DNA of 59,900 nt, the filler included, from Basidiobolus ranarum (Eukaryota): assembly GCA_040143965.1 (NCBI GenBank). It is 10 parts of 10 records of this genome, joined end to end, with 100 filler letters (N's around TTAATTAATTAA, not from the genome) between each part and the next. Parts side by side here need not be neighbours in the genome. Positions count along the whole stretch, not along the records: positions 48,024 to 53,915 come from JASJQH010001473.1; positions 54,016 to 59,900 come from JASJQH010001474.1; 8 more parts are not named here. One strand, written 5' to 3'. The translations under genes were made by a program, and so were the position numbers. The number at the start of each line of letters is the position of its first letter. Positions within the stretch are counted from its first letter, which is position 1. Under the pieces are notes generated by a model, which saw only the letters and a list, made by a program, of their open reading frames with translations, was not told the DNA's origin and searched no databases. Shown in pieces: positions 50,796-59,900 of the stretch.

Positions 50796-51305
50796 CTTGT
50801 GTTATGCTGAAAGTGATGTATTACCGCGTAATAACTTGCTTATGAATGAGTGTCATCTAGCTTTATATGTCTGTTTAAATAGCTGTTTGCAGATGACGTT
50901 GACTGTGAATTCTGTGACATCATGATAAGTGTACTTGTATGCAAAAGGATGAGGACATAGTGTTCCACGAATTCACCAATCATAATCCTAATAGGATTGA
51001 AATAACCTTAATTATGACACACATTTAGATTGGGTTGATGGATTGGATTGATGGATTGGATTGGATTGGATCTATATTTTCATAACCGAAGAAATACAAA
51101 GGAAAGCAATATGCATTATCAGGGCTTGTAACTTTGATTTATTGTGAAGGGTTAGCACTACGAATAATATTGAGGTTAGGTCTAGGGCCAGTACTGTACT
51201 GGTCACCTTGATGATATACCGATGGTGCGAGATTTATCTAGGATGACACTTGCGCTTGATCGTACCCAATTGCCGAAATCAAGTTGTTTGATGCAAATTC
51301 ATATA

Positions 51306-52535
51306 TCACCAGTCATTGACGGCACAAGCATGGATGCTACTACTGTTTTGGTTGCATTTACCACCACTTCCAAGAGAAAAGCTCCAATTGTGCTTGGAGC
51401 AAATCAAATTGTCGCCAACTACGATTCCCTATTAAACAAGGTTTGTAAGCTCTCAATTGTTGGTGCGAATGATGTTAAGATAAATATTTACCTTGGAGGA
51501 GAGATCGACTTTCTTATGGGGACAGTATCTGTCAACTTCATAAACCTGACCACTCCCAGTAGATACCCTGATACGATTTCCACTGGCCTGAATACGTCCC
51601 GGTCCAGGCAGATATTTCAATCGGTTGTTGTTACCAGATTTGGCTGAGGTTGGATTGTTGTAAATCTGCACATTCGAAGAGTTATTGGTTTCCTCTTCTG
51701 AAGAGCTACTTGAGCTGGAGCTTGCGCTCTCGGGCGAATTTACCTCAGCTCCTGTCAGTGCACGATGTTTCTCCATCTCTTCTTTCGCTTGACGTTTCTC
51801 CAATTTTTTCTGCTTTTTCTTTAATTTCTTTTCCATTTTGAATTTACGATATTCATCTTCTAAGGAATTAATTTCAACATTGGAGAGGGTATTGATTAAC
51901 ACCCGTTACTACCATTTTACTTTATTCCAATTTATTTTGTGGATTTCATACCTGGTTTGGTCTCACCAATTTTGATGGATTTTCGAAGTAAATCTTTTAC
52001 AATAGGTAGAAGTTCAATTTCCTAGTTGTATGAGGAACGATTGTTTGAATTAATAAACTCAACACTTCCTTTCTTTGCTGAAAAAATGTTCAAATTACCT
52101 TCCAACTATCTTGACTAAGATCTCTTAAATCCCGTACTGCATATAACCGGTTTCTTTCTAATATGGCCAAGTCTTCGTTCACATTTTTACGAATCCAACT
52201 TCTTTCGGAAGCTATTTGTTCTAATAAAGTGGACGCTTTCTATTCATTGAGAAAAAACAAACCCCCAAACGTATTCAAATAAAAGAAAACCAAAAGGTTA
52301 ATATTCCATTGAAAATATGCATTAATTCCTTCCTTTCTTTATTGTAAAAGAAGGGAATGTATAGGTTCTGGGGGAAAAGGTTATTTACCATACTATCAGG
52401 ATACGAGGTTTCCTCAACACTTCCACCTTAGATGACCGAGAATAATGTGGTAAGAATAATGGTTTTTATATTAATCTATATTGTCCTTTGGAAAACTTGA
52501 TGTTTACCTTGTTCTTGATTGGAAATACTATTCAT
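51306..52535 (-). CDS. Rieske [2Fe-2S] domain protein with an N-terminal SAM-like helical domain, ~255 aa
   Basis: Exons 52535-52508, 52426-52389, 52239-52099, 52021-51952, 51859-51492, 51428-51306 all join in frame. Rieske ligands CPH-x17-CSKH followed by WSFSL..G.C. The first two exons are less certain. Confidence 0.8.
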
Positions 52536-53587
52536 ATATGCACCGAATACTCCACCATTGCTCCCCCCATCGAACTCTTTTCCCTTATGCTTTCCCATAT
52601 GAAAAAGTATGTAGAGTTAAGTTCCAATTGAAATTACAACCTCCTAAAAGAAAAAATTCGATGAAATAAGGTGGGGTATAAGAATTAAAGCCAATTCGAT
52701 CACATGAGCAAGATTCCCACACTACCATTGGAATCAAGATAATAAAATTTATGGATATATTCATTTATGAAAAATGGATGCTTTATAAGTTGATTAAAAT
52801 TTCCATCAATGGTTTAAATACTGATATGTGTTTAATAATCTCTGATCGTGAAGAATTTTAAATCATCGATATATGACTTAATAAATATCAAGATTTTTAT
52901 TATCGGAAAATATATAACTGATTCTATAATAAAGTAATACTTCATAAAATATCCTCGAATATTCCAACTGAGTGGGTTATCTCTGTTGGTCAGAATTGGT
53001 TGATCACGACCGGTTGGATAGGAATCTCTTAAACTGTTTTTGGTAAGTTTACTGAAATACTATTTACCGTAAATCTTATTAGCTCGAACATTAAATCCTC
53101 GTGGCAAAGCGCGTTATAACAATAACTTTGGGGAGAGGCTTTTGGAAAATCACTCATATGTACTAGATAAGATTACCTTACTATAAACGGTAAGATCGGT
53201 GTATCGAATAATTAAGTATCTCGGTAATATTCTTACCCTAACCACGCTTGTTCACTAAACAAAGTCACTAAAATATTCACCACTGAGAGCCTCACGATAT
53301 AAAAAAACTAGAGAATAATCCCATCTTTGGAAAAGCCAATACCAGCAAATACCTACCAATACCAAAATTGTGAACCAATCCGTAGCATTCAACGAGATAG
53401 ATGATGAAAAACATTCCACTGTCAAAAGGGAAATTGTGGTTTTAACATACTCGAATTGATGGATTTATTCTGTGAAGATTATCAACAACAATTGCTATAC
53501 TGAATTGGGAGTATCTTTAAAATTACTCTATTATCTAATTAATTAACCGTGAAATGGGTATCTATGTGTATTACTTGACAATGAAAC

Positions 53588-53915
53588 TTAAGATTCTTCG
53601 GGGCTGGCAACCGTGGCGGGTTCCTCCGAAACTGGTTCTTCGGTACTGACAACCATGGTAGGTTCCTCCGAAGCTGGTTCTACGAGGCTGGCAACCATGG
53701 TGGGTTCTTCAGGGTTGGCAACGATAGGAACAATGGTAGGAACCTCTGAGGACTCTTCCATAGGAGCCATCTTCATGGCCTCACCTTTTTCGGGAGAAGC
53801 GTGGTGAGATCCGTGATTAGGTTCCATGAATCCATAAGCAGTTTCTCCGAGAACAGCCAAATCTGTACCAAGAGCCTCCTCATCATCACGAAGACGTAAA
53901 CGAAGTCCGCACTTC
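53588..53915 (-). CDS. C-terminal tail of an ammonium transporter (Amt/Mep family), 5'-partial
   Basis: GLRLRLRDDEEALGTDLAVLGETAYGF matches the conserved Amt/Mep C-terminal LR...ExxGxD...GE.AY motif. Confidence 0.75.
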
Positions 53916-54015
53916 NNNNNNNNNNNNNNNNNNNNNNNNNNNNNNNNNNNNNNNNNNNNTTAATTAATTAANNNNNNNNNNNNNNNNNNNNNNNNNNNNN
54001 NNNNNNNNNNNNNNN

Positions 54016-54385
54016 ACCTTCCTTAACATATTCTACATGTTAGTTTGTTTACATCTTGACAAAACTATAAATGTCAACTTTTTACTCAATAAATCAATAA
54101 GTGAAAACCACCAATTCCTCTAATTCACCAAACCACTTCCAACAGGCTCCCAAATACTTTAATAGTATTGTGTATATCATATTGGATAAAGTACTCTAAA
54201 ATACTTATGGCACAATTTGGCACCAACCAGCACCCTCTGGCATGATCAATTTCAATTGCAACTACTCTAATATATTGAGCCAGGGTCCAACAAATCCTAG
54301 CACAATGGAACAAGTCTAGTGAAAACCATTAATTTCTCTAGTTCTCCAAATCACTTCCAACAGGCTCTCAAAATACTTCAATAAT
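54016..54385 (+). mobile_element. Internal fragments of the foldback element family (two direct sub-repeats)
   Basis: aaatgtcaactt..gtgaaaaccaccaatt..ccaaaccacttccaacaggct at 54070-54150 and again at 54320-54380, matching 3038-3130. The contig begins inside it. Confidence 0.7.
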
Positions 54386-54945
54386 AACTAATGGTTGAAT
54401 AAAGAAAATTTATCTAGCATAAGAGTTTTTTTTCCCCTGTTAAGACTGCTTTGTAATAATCTCTATGCACTAGCTATATTGTAAGTTGAGACTCCTAAAA
54501 AAGTTTCACTTTACCACTAGACAAATCAAATGTTCTTTTTTTTTCCTGCTCAAAGTTAATTATAAACAAGGCTATATAGCATATTTTAAAAGAATACAGC
54601 TTGTATGGAGATTACTAAGAATGTCTATTCTTGTTAATTTATTTATTATGGATCAGAATTTCTCCCATCTAGACAATTCCAATATCTTTTTACAATAGGC
54701 ACTACAGTTTCATTTTTAATACTGGTGATACTCCACGAAGAGTACAAAGATGCTGATTCCTTTGCAAAACAAAAGAGATCTCTAGAACTTTGTAAACATC
54801 AATTCATTCAGATTTAGTTTCAAATGATCAAAATTTTTTGAATAATAAGAAATTTTATTTTTCATCGCCAGTGATTTCGGAGCGAATACTACTGATTCAA
54901 GCAAATATTCTTGACTCTTTCATTGCTATCACGTTTAATTTAAGT

Positions 54946-55914
54946 ATGAAGAAGGAATTAAATACTCAAGAGAGTTGGTACGATGATGCCCAAGAGTACT
55001 GGAGTGTAAGTCTAGCTTACGTACCTCCCTTGGATCTTTCGAACAACGTTTTAAACTTTTCTACTAGGGCGTTTCACCCACCGTGAATGGGATGCTAGGT
55101 GGCTACGAATCCATCTCGAATACTGATGTACAGGGTTCTCAAAGATTCATTGAAGAGTTCGTTAACGGTAAGAAAGGCTCTAAAGGTATTGTTCTTGCCG
55201 AACCTTGTATCGACAAAGAGCGAGCATGTGGTAAGAAATGTGTTATTCTATAGACTATCTCCCAATGTGTTCCAAGTCACTGATCGTTTTCCTCAGATTG
55301 CGGTGCTGGCATCGGACGTGTCACCAAACATTTCCTGTTGAATAATTTCAAGTCCGTTGATTTGGTAGAACAAGCTCCAAAGTTTATCGAGCAAGCAAAG
55401 AATTCGTATCTTCTTAGTGAGAAAGAAGCTGGTAGAATTGGTGAATTTATATGTCAAGGACTTCAAGATTTCACTCCTGAGGAAGGGGTATATGACTTGA
55501 TATGGTCACAATGGGTTCTTGGGCACTTAACAGATGGTAAGTCTAATAGAAGATTGAATTTACGAGTGAAATACTTACAACGAATTTTTATCAGATGACT
55601 TCGTATCATTTTTTGAACGTTGTAAAAGAGGTCTCAAACCAAGAGGCCTTATTGGAGTCAAAGAAAATCTTACCGTTAGTGGTTATATAGTTGATGAAGA
55701 AGATAGTAGTGTTACTAGGTCGGAAGAAATTTTGAAGAGTTTATTTAAGAGGGCTGGTCTTCGTATTATCAAAGAGGAAACTCAGATGGGCTTCCCAGCT
55801 GGCCTTTTCACCGTAAAAATGTAAGGAGTTATCTTTTCTTTTCAGTTGAAGTAACTTATTTATCATTCTATTATATACAGGTTTGCTTTGGTGCCAGATT
55901 CATCCGATGAATGA
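54946..55914 (+). CDS. TAE1: Alpha N-terminal protein methyltransferase (NTM1/Tae1)
   Basis: WYDDAQEYWS|GVSPTVNGMLGGY, DCGAGIGRVTK, VDLVE, GLQDFTPE.G.YDLIWSQWVLGHLTD, VKEN, DEEDSSVTRS. Four introns. Confidence 0.94.
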
Positions 55915-56849
55915 TACATTCGTTGTACACCCCAAGTAATACTTATCAGAGATATTTTCTGTGTCCACCTCTATCCTTTCTGCAATCTCGACGACCTCCT
56001 TTACTATGATGTTATCCTATACGTATAGACCTAGAGGACTCATATTTTAGTAATATATAGAACCTACATAAACAGTCGTTTCGTCTCAAGTTATCAAGTC
56101 AGGATTCATTTTGTGTCGCTTTTTCCGATGAGACAGAGAATCTAGCTAAAGAACTCACGGAAAAATACATAATTCAGGTAGCGACTTAGAAACTAGTAAA
56201 GTTGCAGAAACTGTGCTATAACTCGCCATGTAATTTCTCAACAGAGGAAATTGGCATATTGGATAGCAGGATGGACGTGGTACGTAAAAGGTATCACCAG
56301 AATTAACTAAGCATTATTTAAAAGAAACCAAGTTCACTCTTTTATCTGAAACGGATGCATTGCTATTTGGATAAGCGTGAGGATAAAAGATGAGAAATAC
56401 CGGTTTAAAGGTGTTACAATATGAAACGTTTTTGACTGACAGTCTACAAACAAATGAGGTGTCAAGCTCTGGGCAAATCTATGTGATTCCTAGCCTGATA
56501 GCCCTTCAGCCATTGCTATCATATCACCAGTCAGTATGTAGCATTTATATAAAACGAAGAATGCGAAGTCAGATGGAAAGCCAGTTTTGTAATTTGTCTG
56601 GTATATAGAGACGTATTTGTTAAGAATCAAAGAATCAGCTGACGTATACTATTGAAATTTGTTGATGTCGTAACTATTGAACATCTATGAATCATTTGTG
56701 TAAATGTATTTAGCGCATGTAGCTTAAAATGTTTCAAATATTATAGCATAACTTCGTGACGTATGTATTGATTATATCATAAAGCTTTATCGGTACTTAT
56801 ATAATGAATCTGTCAATCCCATGTGCCTTTTCTAACAGTACAATACAGT

Positions 56850-58128
56850 ATGGCGTTAAAGGTAGACTTATTTCTATGTTGCAGGAATTTTCCTTATCGA
56901 AGCCAATATACTTATAGACAATTGCTTTACAGCACTTGACACAAAAAGTCGCCCAAGAGCTTGATAAAGAGCTTATGACTGCTGCACAGGGTGGCTTTTC
57001 AATTGACCAGCTGATGGAACTTGGTGAGTTTGCATTAGTCATATTTCTGTTGAAAGTAATCTAATTTCACCTGTTGATTATAGCTGGATTAAGTGTAGCA
57101 CAAGCAATTACCAAAGTTTACCAAAACTCAACTCATTCACGCTTATTAATATGTTGCGGACCTGGAAATAACGGAGGCGACGGTATTTTATAGTTTATTA
57201 CGAGATATTAAGTAGTTTGTATCCTGAGGTTCAACTGTTACTAGGACTTGTTGCTGCGCGCCATTTGACTCATTTCGGCTACAATCCTTCGATATACTGT
57301 CCTAAACCAAGTAAAAAGGAGCTATTCAGTGTATGAAATCGTCCAATTATTTTACTATAGATTTAAGACTTAATCTCAGACAACTCCATATTATAGAACC
57401 TGATTACTCAATGTAAAAACCTCAATATCCCATTCATTGAGGATTTGAGTGCGCAAGCCGAAAGCTCAGATCTCATTGTTGATGCAGTTTTTGGTAGGAA
57501 TGAACGTTGACTCTTCAACCCCTCCCCCGATTACTCATCAAATTCTATTCAGGATTCAGCTTCTCCGGCGAAGTTCGTGATCCCTTTAGAGAAGTGATTC
57601 AGGTACTTGCAAGTGAAATATCTCGTAGAATTATTCTATACTTAATAGCAATTACTTTTAAAATTAGCTTTTCTCAAAAACCAAACTTCCAGTTATAGCA
57701 GGTATTTGAAACAAACCTACTAATTAATATGGAATTGATGTATTGAAACTTTATGAAACAGTTGATATTCCGTCGGGATGGCAGGTTGATGAAGGTATAT
57801 CGGGTTTGTTCATGTTCAACCATCAGAAATTTAACTTAGTCTGTTGTCATTGATCATTAGAAGCAACCATGGAGTCTGATTATCAACCAGAGATGTTGAT
57901 TTCACTTACCGCACCCAAATTAGCAGCTAAGCGATTCCGTGGCAAATATCACTACCTTGGAGGTCGCTTTATTCCCAAGTAAGTTATCTATGGTGAAGCA
58001 AGGTACAATGTTGAGGTACTAACCGAGCAATGTGATCTAGAGATTTTGCTAAGAAATATGGACTTAACCTCCCATCATTCCCGGGGACAGACCAATGTGT
58101 CGACATCACTAATCTCTCACATCTCTGA
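56850..58128 (+). CDS. NNR1: NAD(P)H-hydrate epimerase (YjeF_N, NAXE), multi-exon
   Basis: [79 protein letters not shown]; ends LSHL*. Confidence 0.94.
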
Positions 58129-58357
58129 ACCACCAATTGGCTTGTGAATTTGCTCAAATATATTAACAAAAGGTCGAAAGTAAATCGAGTTACTCTACTA
58201 CTGCGATGTCACCAAATAATATTAAGAGTGAACGTATCTTTATTTGTACTTATATCTATTGATTGACCATTGAAGAAATGTATATACGTGAGTGATTGGT
58301 TGTGCTAGAAAGTCTGAAGGATGGAATTCGAGATATAAGCATGTGCATATTGAAAGG

Positions 58358-59352
58358 TTACTTCCGAGCTGCTTTATCCCATTGGGTGACACCGCCCATG
58401 AGAGAGGTGACAGCACTGTATTAACGCGATAAGAGTAAGCAACGGTTAATCTTTTAAAAACACAAGATGTTAAACCACACATACCCTACAGTACCAATAA
58501 TGCCCTCATTCAAGCTGATATAGTTTAACCCGGCGAGTGGGATTACCATATCAAGAGAATCAATTATAAATTGATACAAAACGTCATTCTTTATGCTATT
58601 TCACGAGATAATTGGTTAGATATCATATATCACAAATATAGAATAGAAACTTCTTACTTTGACAAGTTAGTTAATTGAAGCTTGTTATCTGTGGAGCCAC
58701 CGACCTCAGCCTTGACTGCTTGAACTCTCTTCAAAACCCCCTACTCAAGATAAAGTTGTCTTAATCTGTATAGACCGCCTAACCAAGAGAAAGCGATTGC
58801 ATAAAGCCAATAACGATTGGAATGATCGTTGTACTTTTTGATATTTTTGAATTTGTGGATTCCAACATTATCGATCTATATGTGGCAGATACATTAGCAG
58901 AGTGCAAAAATTTGGTGAGAAACAAACCTTACCCAACACAACATATCGTAGACGAAATAAAGCCCGTTAGCACCAAACTTTCCTAGGCTGCAGATTCTAA
59001 GAATAGTATCTCTGATCGAGTAGGAATTGACAATTCCTTGTGCCATTTCAATAGGCTTACCCAGGCGGAGAACTATTTTCACGAATGTACAGAATTAATA
59101 ACTTTCTAATAGTAATGTGTATGATCGCAGAGCTAGGGTAGAAGCAAAACTAGACAAATACTTACGTCTACGTGCGAGGCCCAAGTGACCTTTTAGCTTA
59201 TCAACAGCAAGAACCCCATCTTTACTGGAGCCTTGACGCAAAAGGTACCAGGTTAAGAATCGGCCAAAATATTGAACAAACCGATACACTTTATCACGGC
59301 CATTAGTAGTAGCAAGGAAATTTACGTAAGTATTAACAGTAGTAGCAACCAT
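58358..59352 (-). CDS. PEX11: Peroxisomal biogenesis factor 11
   Basis: FLATTNGRDKVYRFVQYFGRFL, LARR|..RLGKPIE, and C-terminal DSLDMVIPLAGLNYISLNEGIIGTVGAVTSLMGGVTQW. Four introns. Confidence 0.92.
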
Positions 59353-59900
59353 TTCTTTGGTGTATAGGATATTGTGTATGGGAGTAACCAATTAAGACGG
59401 AGTGATCCCAAGTAGTGTCAAGGATTGTACGTTAGAAGTTATGTTCTTAATCTCGAGACGTAGCTGTTACTGTTTACAGTTATATAGTGTGGATGGCATA
59501 GCCCGGCACATATCGGAAGGAACTGGGACCTGCTTTCCATGTACCACAAGTTTAGAACAAGATAATATACTGATGAGAATCTCATCTCTGAAATGGAGTT
59601 ACTTATGAACAACCGCTAATTGGCTGGGGCCAGGGTTTGTTTGATCATTACTACCAAACTTTACCTGGCCCAGAATTTCTTCCCACACATCGAGATGATA
59701 CCTTATTTTTGGTACAAATGGGAAGCTCCTTAGTGCTGCTGAAGACCAATATTAGTGGATCGCCACGTTCTCACTCGAGTTAGACTTCTGAAGTGCTAAA
59801 TAAATATGGAAGGGTAACTCGCACTTCCCTTACAGATTGTCGCTTCGAGCTAAGATGGGATATACCGTGGTGTCAGCACAGCCACCCCTAGGCCCTGTAT

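Overview
Eukaryotic, AT-rich, intron-rich fungal DNA. It looks like an early-diverging lineage, but the taxon is an inference. The window is not contiguous: it is ten unrelated contigs of about 5.9 kb, in decreasing length order, joined by artificial 100-nt N/TTAATTAATTAA/N linkers, so gene neighbourhoods only count within a contig. Recognisable genes, reconstructed by hand through GT-AG introns: PH-domain oxysterol-binding protein, RPL34, GliK-like gamma-glutamylcyclotransferase, MGS1/WRNIP1, MedA-like regulator, STU1/CLASP, TFIP11/Ntr1, Ste12-like factor, GPATCH11, MTHFR, the 3' end of an ammonium transporter, NTM1/TAE1, NAD(P)HX epimerase and PEX11. The most unusual items are a 255-aa protein with a SAM-like helical domain fused to a Rieske [2Fe-2S] domain, an adjacent TFIIS central-domain-only protein, and a secreted protein built from six C-x18/19-C modules. 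Also notable are a five-member CsbD-like/His-rich hydrophilin cluster with pseudogenes, a 64-aa SH3b-like microprotein, an LEA-like repeat protein ending in CaaX, a PTS1-like SHL end on the epimerase, and a multi-copy long-inverted-repeat (foldback) element.
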